Source: Macrostomum lignano (taxonomy: Eukaryota). Taken from it: a DNA stretch of 64,000 nucleotides. The notes under the pieces are model-generated. The model was not told the DNA's origin. It saw only the letters and a list, made by a program, of their open reading frames with translations, and searched no databases. The DNA is taken from the NCBI GenBank assembly GCA_002269645.1, contig NIVC01001201.1:272806-336805 (forward strand), given 5' to 3'. Below, piece after piece: positions 20,801 through 31,766 of the stretch (the first letter of the stretch is position 1; every line of letters begins with the position of its first letter). The position numbers and the translations under genes were made by a program.

Positions 20801-23405
20801 CACCCAGCAGACGGTGTCAAAAAATCGCCTTCCACCGCGGGGGCCGGAGCGGTGGCGCGCCAGGAATGCTTCTTGTACCGATGGGCGCTGCATCTGTACG
20901 ACTTTTACCATATCCCCGCAGTGAAGTTCCGCTACCACGCTACGTCGCACGTAATTATGGTGCTGCTCATGTCATACATCCTGCTCTACAACTGGGAGTA
21001 CTCGATTGACATGATTGAGTGCATTATGTACTCCATCGTTTTTGGCTACCTAATTGAGGAGATCGGAGAGTTCGTCAGCATCGTCCGGGAAGAAAACGTG
21101 AGAAACTTCTTCGCCAGCAAATGGAACATTATCGACATCGGCGCTGTGCTGTGCGCCATGATCAGCTTCAGCATCCGGCTCACTCGCCTCGACTACGTCA
21201 TGGACACGAAGGAAGAGCACTTTTGGATGGACTTTGACGATACCGTCTGGTACATCGCGCGTGTCTTTTTAAGTAAGTTTATGGATGACTTAGCTGGAAT
21301 ACTTCTGTCAGTTTCGACACCTATTCGTTGAGCTGAGCGCAGAACCTGGTTAAAGCAATGGGTTGATAGAAATAGGCGTGTACGGATCTGCCCAAATCAG
21401 ATGGACCCCTTATTTCAATCCGAATGCAAATGATAGGTCTAGGATGCGGTGATATATGGCGTAGGATCCAGGTTGTTAAAATCCAGGATGTCAGTCGTAA
21501 GATCCATGACGACAGGAGTAGAATCCAGGATTTCAAGAGTCAAATCCAGTATGTCAGGCATAAGATCCTAAGATCATAAGATAGGAGCTAAGTATGAAAT
21601 GATAGAACAGGAATACGAGCTAAATCGGAATTCTGATGGCTACTCGTAGGTTAATCAGTCAGCACGTTTCAATTACAGGCGTCTCCTGCCTTCTCTACTG
21701 GGTCCGGCTGCTGTACATCTCCACGGTGATGGAAACCCTCGGCCCAAAGCTGAAGATGATCGCCCGCATGACCAGCAAAGACATGATCCCGTTCCTATTC
21801 ATTCTTTTCATCTTCATATTCGGCTTCGGCGTTCTCATCCACGCGCTGTTGTTCCCGAACGGGTTCAAGGCCTACAACCCGGAGCAGATGAGCTCGATTG
21901 ATGTGGTGCTGGCCATGTTCAAAATCTGCTTCTACAGCATGGTCGGGGACTACAGCCTGGATACAATCATGGGTGACGACAGCTGCGATGCGATCTACGA
22001 GAACAAGACGTTTAACTCGAACGGCTGCCCTCACAACACCGGCAGGTCAGAGCCGGATTAACATTCTACCGAATTATTACTGTGTGCGAATGAGTAGTTC
22101 TTTGGCATTCATTGGTGATTCAGTGCCCCAAGAGTTCATCAACCGGTTGGTGATCGGCATGCCAAACAGGGGCATATGGCGCCTTTTTACAGAATAGCTT
22201 TCGCACCCCTGGAGCCTGGAACTGGCTCTACTTCAAGAAATATCCTTGATACGCTCCTAATGCCACGACTAGTGATGACACAAGCATTCTCGTCATTCTT
22301 TCACACGTTACTGAAGAAAGGCAGACACATGCAGAGTTGGCATAAGCTTGATACTCAGCAAAGGAAAGCTAAAATCAATGCCATCAATACCTGGGTTCAT
22401 TCAGCCAGCGAGCCAAGCTATGAATTGAGGGGGGGCGTAGCCTGTGGTCCAGCGCGGCGCTCTTGTATGCCAGCGGCCCAGGCTCAATTTCAAGTGCAGT
22501 CACATTAAGTTGGGGCAAAATTTGAATCTCCAGCAAAATTTTCAAGATTTGCGAGTCCTTCTGCTTCAACTGTCCATGCTTGATCTTCAATGAAAACCTT
22601 TCCCAGATATCTGGTGCCTTACTTCGTCCTGCCTCTCTACGTGATCGTTACGGAGATCCTCCTGCTCAACTTGATCATCGCACTGTTCAGCAAGACGGTC
22701 GACGAGATCGACTCCAATTCCAAGGCCCTGTGGCAGTTCGAACGCAACGACCTCATCGAGGAGTTCCGCGGTCGGACCTCGCTGCCCCCTCCGTTGAACG
22801 TCATCCCGCTGGCCACCCGACTGCTGCTGCACGTCGTCAGGCGGCTCTGCCCGACAGCTCTGCTGCGCTTCCAGAGGGCTGCCCAGTTCAACCAGAAGCT
22901 GATCCTGCAGTTCCTGCTGTTTCAGGTTTGCCTTTGTCGGATCGACGGCTCCCTGAGCTCACTTTCTGAACTCACTCTACTCCCTTAACTCACTGCCCTG
23001 AACTCACTCCTTAAAATCACTCTTGAAATCAGTCTCTGAAACTACTGGCCAGAACTAATCCCTTGAACTCCCTGAACTCTCCGACAGGCGGTGAGTCTGC
23101 GCAACCAGCGCCAGCACATGATGGAGCAGTGCTGTGGCCTCGCCGACGACCAGAGTGAGCAGCTCTGCCAGCGCATCCAGGATATCGTCGAGACCGAGCT
23201 ACTGAAGTCGAAGAAGTCCAATGAGCATCAGCCGTCCTCCTCGGCTAAGCCGTCATTGACGAAGCCGAAGACGGACGCGGAGGTGGGCGAGAAGGAGGGC
23301 ACCATCGACGCCATCTCGGCGTCAATCATGAACGCTGAGCCGCAGAAAAAGCGGCGCGATTCGCAGCTGTCCGCGGTGTCCCAGGAGCCCGAGCAGAAGG
23401 ATTAG
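17830..23405 (+). CDS. TRPM-type cation channel with N-terminal ankyrin repeats, about 1198 aa once a 1-nt loss near 20707 is corrected
   Basis: Exons 17830-18313, 19165-21272, 21679-22045, 22607-22925, 23088-23405 with matching GT-AG phases; sum 3596 nt, one short of a multiple of 3. Ankyrin repeats (TPLHRAC, TALHVAV), MHR3/4-like blocks, FY.IPAVKF (S1), WNIID (S3), VRLL/LGPKLKMI (S4-S5), pore Cys pair, LLNLIIALF (S6), TRP box WQFER, C-terminal coiled-coil-like tail. Confidence 0.88.
22429..22530 (+). mobile_element. Diverged tRNA-derived SINE copy in intron 3 of the TRPM-like gene
   Basis: Aligns by eye with the reverse complement of 232-332 (CCAGCG.CCCAGGCTC.ATT.CAAGTGCAGTCACATT...TTGGGGC..AATT.GAATCTC). 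Confidence 0.7.
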
Positions 23406-24029
23406 CGGAACTGAATCCGCCTGAGCTGACTGATTGCCGGCTTTGACCTTGAAGTTGGTCGATTTATAACTGTGAAACGCATCTAATACTACTGAACAGG
23501 CGCACGTCAGCACGAAACGCTTTTCTAGGTTTGATAGCTGAAAATATTTATTTCATCAGCTTTGCTTTAGTCAATGCGCTCTGTTTAGCATATCGCAATT
23601 TCGGCTGAGCTATTCAAACCCATCGAAGACCGTCTGTTGCTTAATTATTAGGTTTAATTATTTTCAACTTTCAAGTAGCCTTTACTTGCTAAGCTTTACT
23701 TTATTCTGCTTTAAATTTGGCTACTCACTGCAGTGCCCATTTAACCAGCCAAGCCATCAATATTGGATCAAACAGTTGCTCCTTGCATGGTCATCTCGAA
23801 AGTAGATTCTAAGAAGTATCCACGAGCATAGTCATAACTGAGTATCTACGCGATCGCAAAAATCGAGGCTAAAATTTTGTTTATTATTTTCAGCTTCTTA
23901 TTACATGCTTTGATAACTTGCATCGCAAAAATGGCATGTTACAAGTTCCGTAGCTACTGCTGCTTCTGTTTTTTTAAATAAAAGGTTGGTAATTGGATTA
24001 TAGGTAATTTCTAGTTCTTGGGCAGCTGA

Positions 24030-24985
24030 GACCCACTGAATAGCTGGGGAGCACTCCATGACCCACTGAATAACTGGGGAGCACTCCACGACCCACTGAA
24101 TAACTGGGGAGCACTCCACGACCCACTGAATAACTGGGGAGCACTCCACGACCCACTGAATAACTGGGGAGCACTCCATGACCTACTGAATAGCCGTGAA
24201 GCACCGATGACCCACTGAATAGCTGGGGAGCACTCCATGACCCACTGAATAGCTGGGGAGTACTCCACGACCCACTGAATAGCTAGGGAGCACTCCATGA
24301 CCCACTGAATAAGCTGGGGAGCACTCCATAACGCACTGAATAGCTGAGGAGCACTCCATGACTCACTGAATAGCTGGGGAGCACTCCATAACGCACTGAA
24401 TAGCTGAGGAGCACTCCATGACTCACTGAATAGCTGGGGAGCACTCCATGACTCACTGAATAGCTGGGGAGCACTCCATAACGCACTGAATAGCTGAGGA
24501 GCACTCCACGACCCACTGAATAGCCGTGAAGCACCGATGACCCACTGAATAGCTGGGGAGCACTCCATAACGCACTGAATAGCTGAGGAGCACTCCACGA
24601 CCCACTGAATAGCCGTGAAGCACCGATGACCCACTGAATAGCTGGGGAGCACTCCATGACCCACTGAATAGCTGGGGAGCACTCCATGACCCACTGAATA
24701 GCTGGGGAGCACTACATGACCCACTGAATAGCTGGGGAGCACTCCATGACCCACTGAATAGCTGGGGAGCACTCCATGACCCACTGAATAGCTGGGGAGC
24801 ACTCCATGACCCACTGAATAGCTGAGGAGCACTCCATGACCCACTGAATAGCCGTGGAGCACTCCATGACCCACTGAATAGCTGGGTCATGGAGTGCTCC
24901 ATGACCCACTGAATAGCTGGGGAGCACTCCATGACCCACTGAATAGCTGGGGAGCACTCCATGACCCACTGAATAGCCGTGGAGC
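24030..24985. repeat. 30-bp minisatellite GACCCACTGAATAGCTGGGGAGCACTCCAT; second block at 25297-25475
   Basis: Seen directly. The two blocks are separated by about 310 bp of unrelated sequence. Confidence 0.97.
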
Positions 24986-25547
24986 ACCTAGAGTCGCGAC
25001 TTTCCTAGTCATTTCTTAGTTCACCTTCACTTGTCTCTGTTTACTCTGTTTTCTCTCTCTCTCTGTCTAGCTCAATCTTGTTATTCTTATCTGTCTCCCT
25101 CGCCGCCTTCTGATTGGCTCTCCAGTCTCGCCTCTCTCTTCAGTCGCGCACTCCACCCCCCTCTCTTTATTATCTGCAATTCAACCCCCCAAGTTAATGT
25201 TTGGTATAAATATATCGGTTTGGGTCCTGCGCCCACTTACTGCTCCAATTTAACTCCAATTAAATAGTCTTAAGTTTAGTTTTTGTATTTTCTCTACAGC
25301 TGGGGAGCACTCCATAACCCACTGAATAGCTGGGGAGCACTCCATAACCCACTGAATAGCTGGGGAGCACTCCATAACCCACTGAATAGCTGGGGAGCAC
25401 TCCATAACCCACTGAATAGCTGGGGAGCACTCCATAACCCACTGAATAGCTGGGGAGCAGCACCCCACGACCCACTGGATTCCTAAGGAGCCGTGACCTG
25501 CATAAGGAAGAGTCAATGCAGCGCACTGGCGGTTATTCCAATTCAAC

Positions 25548-26407
25548 TCATCGAAAACCCAGCAGCTGCTCGGCCAATGGCTGCTCGCCGGCCCCTGCCG
25601 CCTCCTTCTGCTCCTGGATTGCTTGATAGTCCGCCGGCCTGTCCGTGTAGAAGGCCACCTCGTTGATGCCGATGCACTTGTACCAGCTGTCGCTCCTCCA
25701 CTTGATCACCTGCCGGTTGTGCAGCCCACTATTCTTCCTCTGGAACGACTGAACAGAAGGCAGAAACATTGGGGATCTGAGTGAGTTTTGAGTTACTTGT
25801 AAGGGATATAGGTTGAAACCACCTCTGACAAAAGCACGGGATGGGAAAACTTATTAACTTAGATGTGACTGACACAAACACAGATTGGACTGACACAAAC
25901 ACAGATCAGACTGACACAAACAAAGGTCGGACTGACACAAACACTAATGTTACTGGGAGCCAGCCGCAACCTCACCTTGATGCACTCGCTAATGAACAAG
26001 GAGCAATTATTCCTGAAATTGTAGGTGTCTAACTCGCCACCAAACTCCAGCATCTCGTCGGCCAGGCTCTTCATCACTAACAGCTTAGCAACGGAGGTTC
26101 TCTTGGTGCTGGTCGGCAGAGAGCTCGGGTAGCTCCCGTTGTCGATGGGGTAGATGCCAAAAAGGATCCTGAAGCTGCTGTTCAGGGCGAACCTGTGGGT
26201 GAAGTTGTGCGCCAGGTAGTGGAACTGGCTCACCCCGCTCTTCAGGGCGGGCTCGCCCAGCTGCACGAACAGCACCACCTTGTACAGCGTGCGGCTGATC
26301 TCGTGACCCTGAATGAACTGGTCGAAGTTCTTGCTGTTCAGCATCACCACCGAGGACCAGATTTTGAACGTCAGCTCGCTTGGGGCTACTCGCGACTCCA
26401 ACTGCAT
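25548..26407 (-). CDS. Uncharacterised protein of about 210 aa with a possible redox-inactive thioredoxin-like fold
   Basis: Exons 26407-25976 (donor AAG|GTGAGG) and 25748-25548, phase 0, open. VMLNSKNFDQFI...VVLFV resembles the start of PDI-type thioredoxin domains; no CxxC. An upstream exon cannot be excluded (acceptor-like TGCTGCAG 19 nt before the ATG). Confidence 0.6.
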
Positions 26408-28774
26408 TGTCGGACTGTGCGGATGGCTGCAGCAAATGTCCTTTCCTCCAGATGATGTTCAGCCACCAGATCTGCCGCTGAGCTCATCAGTTCTTTTGAT
26501 TATTTGTCTATGGCCATTGAGTCCGTCAGTCAGAACAAGGTTAAAAATTTAATCAACTTCCGCGCCAAGAATTCCCAGTCGCTGGGAGCTTTGGGCTGCT
26601 TCTGCCCAAAAGAAGACCCGCCGTCAGCGAGGAGGCCCAGCATTCGTGCTCATTCCTCTGTTTAGAATAATTGGTGGTAACTGCTGTATTTTCTGCCTCC
26701 GTCCGTGCGGACCGCAGACGGGGTGATCAGGGGTTCGGGTACTGGACTGCCCAGAGCTTGCCGGGTGGGATAGGCGAGAGAGAGTGGCGACCCCCGAGGC
26801 GTACGGACACTTCGAGGTGGAAGTGGAGAGTCTGGGAGCGTACAGACACTCGGCCAGCCCCACGGAGAGAGGGAGATGCAGATGATGAGGCTGTGAGCAG
26901 GTAGCCACTTAGCAGCAGCAGAGGTGAGCACGGGTACAGACACTTCGCAGACCCGAAGGAAGACGGTGGCGAGAAAAGTGGATAATGGAGACGGGATAGA
27001 TTAACGAAAACGAACACTGTCTTACCGGGCGGGGTCACTTGTCGCGCTCATGCAGGCGTGGCCTCTAATATTTCCACCAGTGAACGAGCCGAGCCCGAGG
27101 GGCCGAGGGCGAGTGAATAATTTCTACCCATGGCGGCCGAAGGCCGACATGGGCTAGAAAGTATTTACGAGTAAATAAGTTACGAGCTAGACTCTAATGC
27201 ATTTTGAAATTTCACGTTTTTTCGCCAAAAATGCTCCTGTTTTGCAGCCACTGCTCCGATTGAGTTGAGTGAGGTGTCGATCGATAGAAAACTTTTAGAT
27301 CTATCGAATGAATATACTTTTAAGTGCAGAGATTTTTATACTAAGCCGTTATTTAGCTGGAAAGACGATTTTTTCAAAAGTGCTTCTAGGAGATCTCAAA
27401 ATTCTGGTACACCTTACGAGATACGGCTTCGACATCTGAGGATCAAAGTTGTCAAACTAAATTTTCTACAAAATGGTATATGGCACTTTAATTTATTTCG
27501 GCGTCTTTATGCAGTTTTGGTGGGTTTTTTGGGTAAAAAAATGACCTTCATTTTATTATTTCGCCAATTTTTCCTACGAAGCTTTTTGCATTTGGGCTTC
27601 AAAGCAGTGCAATTGGATGCGCAATGCAAAAATCTACAAGTGTCTAAAGTTTTGTTTCCCTACGATTCTGCAGTGCTGAGAAAATCGACAAAAATCGATT
27701 TTTCAAAAAATCACATGACTTTCGCATTATTGCTCATTATAATTTTGAGAACATGGTGCGAATAAGCCGATTTCGAATTTCTATAGCATAGTTGCTGTAC
27801 TATATTGGTTTAAATTGCCGCCGTCTGATTTTGCTGCTTTCGGGTTGAAAAATCGATCAGAAATCGATAATTTGTGATTTTTGGCTGATTGGGTGCCATA
27901 AAAATGGGTGATTAAATTTTTTTTAAAGTGTAGTGCATGCGCCCTTGTCAGTTGGCAGGGCGCGTTGCACTTTGGGGCTGGTTGGGGGGGTTGGCGGGCG
28001 TGGCAGGGTTTGGCCGCCGGCCGGGCTTTGCGCGTGCCCCTCCCCAGCCGTGCCCCTGCCCCGTGCTCAGGGCTGGTTGGCTGCGGCCGGGCCAGCTTTG
28101 GCGCGGGTGCTGCCCCTCCCCCCTTAGGCGGGGTTTTGATTGGCTGGGCCGGCGTGGTTTGTTTTGGTGAGCTTAGCCGGTGGGGCCGTCTGCCCCAGGG
28201 TTTGGGTGCTATTTATGGTGCGACTCTGGCTCTTGCCCACCACCTGCGTGCCTTTTGTGTTTTGGTGTGCTCCGAGAGTGCAAGCGCGAGACCTGATAAA
28301 AGAAACAGCAACATTAGCTACTTCGATAAAAGAAACAGCAACATTAGCTACTTCGATAAAAGAAACACAATAGCCTAATCGAGAAGAGTCTTGGAGAATT
28401 AAGAAGAAGTCGGAAACTGCGCTTGAGACCTGCGAATAATAAACGGTGAACAGTCATCTGGCCACTGGTAAGCCGCCTGCTGTTTGAGTCCTTTCTTTTC
28501 GGGAAGCTTGCTAGGCCGAATTCTTGCCAGAGCGTCATAACGCCGGGAGACCATATAGCTTCTGTAGTACGGTACCGTTTACCATATATATTGCGTACGC
28601 CCTACGGTATAGAGAATAGAAGCACTCGAGAGTGTCACCACACCTCGAGCCGCAGCGTGAACTCTGAGTGTCACAACACCAGAGGGATCGAATTATTATC
28701 GCAGAGCGTCGCCACGCCTGCTCGTCGTATTCATAAAAGTACAGACAGAGCGTCACAACGCCTGTTATATCACA

Positions 28775-28911
28775 TCTCTACATAAAACTAAAACCGACGC
28801 GATGTTTGTCTGTCTGTCTGTATGCATTAAGTGAACTCCTACAATTCTGCCAAGTCAGCGTCGAAACTTATATGGGAAAACTGCAAATTTTCCGGAGCAG
28901 GCTTTAGGCTA
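28775..28911 (+). mobile_element. 5' end of a second Helitron-like family, truncated or interrupted
   Basis: A|TCTCTACATAAAA...TGTCTGTCTGTCTGT start resembles the starts of the two adjacent units. No 3' end identified. Confidence 0.4.
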
Positions 28912-30882
28912 TTTCTACATATAAAAATCAAAACTCTGTGTGTGTGTGTGTGTGTGGACAATTTTGATCGCTATGGACTCCCAAACTGCTCAACCAAATG
29001 ACACCAAACTTTACACCCACCCTAAACTTACTACGGAGAATGTCTTAGGCTACCTTTAAATTTCCTAGACTCAAGTCTTCCTACCTAAAAGTACAAAAAA
29101 CTGCTCAAAATGCGCGATTTTTTCACTTAATCCTCCATAGCGCCGCTCCACTTCTACCGATTCTCTTCAAATTTGACACAGATAATCTTAAACTATTTTG
29201 GCACAATCATGTAAACTTTTGAGTCTCAAAGTTAATCCTGAGCGGTGCTGTGCACTTTTAAAGTTAGGCTGTTTTTTTCAGCGTAGCAACCACCCCAACC
29301 TCCGCCCGCCTGCCTCTCTTTCCCGATCTGGGCCCAGATGTGTAAAAGGGTTTCAAATTTGACTAACTTTCAGCTGCCATAAGTTTGCTTCACGTGAAGC
29401 GATTGACTTCAAATTTGACACAATTCTTCATTGACTCATTCTCTGCCTACATGTAAAGTTTCAACTCTGTAACTCAACCAAAAAAGAAACTGTAAGCATG
29501 TGAAGTTTGTCTGCTTTTTCTGTTGTTTGCCGCTCATCCAACTCATTCCCCCAGACGAAGGATCAGGCGATAGGGCTCAATGTACATAGCGAGTGTACAG
29601 TGTTTTGGAATAACTTTTTAATAGCCTTCTCTGTACCCCCGCGAGTGGAGAGGCGTTGAGAGAAGAGAGTTTAGCGAGAGATTCAATCTACTGTCCTCTG
29701 TATAGACAAGTCGCAGCAGTTAAACAAGGATGGCAAATCAAAGCGATGTGGGATGGTTTATAAAAATAGCGAAAAATTAATGAATAACTGATTACAATGC
29801 AATCCTATTAAATTAGTTACACCATGAAAATTTTAACATTAAGATTCGCATAAGGTAACTTTAAAATTTAAATGGCCTCCTAAGAAATGCGTATTTCCTT
29901 GGTTGTTAGACTGGTGCAGACTGTGGTGGTGGAGCTGGAGAATGGAGATACACAAATTCCTCTCAGGGCTGCTAATTGGCCAGAAAGATGACGTGATTAA
30001 AGCATGAGAAATGATAACAACCATGATAGTACTACGTTCCATGATAGTACTTTCGAAGCAGGGATTGGCAGATTTTTATCTCAAAGGCCAGATAAAGAAT
30101 CCAGCTCATGGCTGCGGGCCAGATGAGAGTGAAAAGGAAAAGTGGTGAGGAGAGAGCAGAGAAGAAGGGAGGAAGAAGCGAGAGGAGGGGAGAAAGGAGG
30201 GAGAGGAAAGAGTAAAGCTGAGAAGAGGGGAGAGATGAGACAGAGGATCGATGAGAGAGGAGAGTAGAGAAGATTGAGAAGAGAGTAGAGATGAGAGAGC
30301 AGAAAGAAGATGACAGAGGGTCAAGAGGAGAGGAGAGATTAGAGAGGAGAGAGTAGAAAGGATAGAGAAGAGAGGAGATAAGAGGGGGAGAGAGGAGTGA
30401 GAAGAGAAGAGATAGAGATAAGAGAGTGGTGAAAGAAGAGGGGAGAAAGGAGAGATGAGAGAGTAAAGGGAAGAGGAGGAGAGAGGAAAGAGATGAGATT
30501 GTAGAGATGAGACAGATGAAAGAAGAGATGAGAGATGAAAAAGGTGAGAGGAGAGTGCAGAGAGACGAGAGAAGATAATAGAGGAGAGAGAGTATAGTAG
30601 AGGGAAGAGAAAAGAAGAAAGGAGTAAGGAAAGATAGGAGTCAGAAGAGGTGAAAGAGAAGAGTACAGAGGAGATAAGTGAGAGAACGTATAAGAGAGTA
30701 AAGATGACAGATGAGAGAGCAGATTAACAGACGAGAGATGGGAGAGTAGAGAGAACAGAGGAGAGATTAGAGAGAAGAGATTACAGAGACTAGAGGAGAG
30801 AGGAGAGACAGGGAGAGAGAAGAGGAAGTAGGAGAATGAAGAGGGGAGAGAGTAGAGAGGAGAAGAGAGATGGGAGTGGAGA

Positions 30883-30941
<59 letters not shown>

Positions 30942-31766
30942 CAGAGCAGAGAGAAACGAGAAGAGATAAGAGAGAAAAGATAAAAGAAGAGAAAGGAGAG
31001 ATGAAAGAGCGGACGAGAGAGAAGAGAGGTGAGGGAAGAGACGAGCGACGAGGGGAGAGAGAAGAGATAAAACAAGAAAAGAGATGAGAGGAAAGAGGTG
31101 AGGGAAGAGACGAGAGAAGAGGGGAGAGAGAAGAGATAAAACAAGAAAAGAGATGAGAGGAAAGAGAGAGAGGAAAGAGGTGAGGGAAGAGACGAGAGAA
31201 GAGGGAGAGAGGAAAGAGTAGAGAGGAGAGATGAGAGAGTAGAGGAGAGAGTTAAGAGAAGAGAGAAAAGAATAGAAAGGAGAAGGAATATGAGAGAAGA
31301 GGGGGTGAGAGGAGAGAGGAGAGGAGAGAGAAAAGAAGAGACAAGAGATGAGATAAGAGAGATGAAAGAGAAGAGAGATGAGGGAAGATACGAGAGAAAA
31401 GGGGAGAGAGGAGAGAGGAGAGACGAGAGACGAGGGACGAGAGAGATGAGAGGAAACAAAGAGACGATAAAAATTTTAAAGGATCCAAGGGACGTAGGGA
31501 GAGTCAGGGAGAGACCAGAGTTTAGCAATATATGTTTTAGAGTCAGACAGACATTGCCTGACATTCTGCGCAGTACCCCAGCCAACAATGTCTCAAACCC
31601 TAATTTTACACGAATGTGCTCCATTTTATGTCTACCTCTATCCTACTAACTATTAACAAGTTTTTGTTTGTGTATGGCATGGAGGGAGCATGCATAGAAT
31701 ACATGCAAAAGTAGTTCCGGGTATTGGAATTCCCCGGGTTCAAAATCCGCGGGTTTCAACAGCTTG
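28912..31766 (+). mobile_element. Non-autonomous Helitron-like element, copy 1 (about 2.85 kb)
   Basis: Starts T(T/C)TCTACATATAAAAATC after an A. Imperfect GC hairpin 31732-31753 lies 13 nt before the terminal CTTG. No TIR, no TSD, no Rep/helicase ORF. Internal GA-rich tract at about 30120-31470. Confidence 0.7.

Noticed and set aside
23901-25546. Multiple 70-290 aa ORFs in the 30-bp arrays; also a CRISPR-like appearance
   Set aside because: Unit length divisible by 3 explains the ORFs. Units are contiguous without unique spacers, there are no cas genes, and the context is eukaryotic.
28530-28762. CRISPR array (repeats with unique spacers)
   Set aside because: The repeat is only 15 bp and degenerate, spacing is irregular, and there are no cas genes. 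Kept as a motif array instead.
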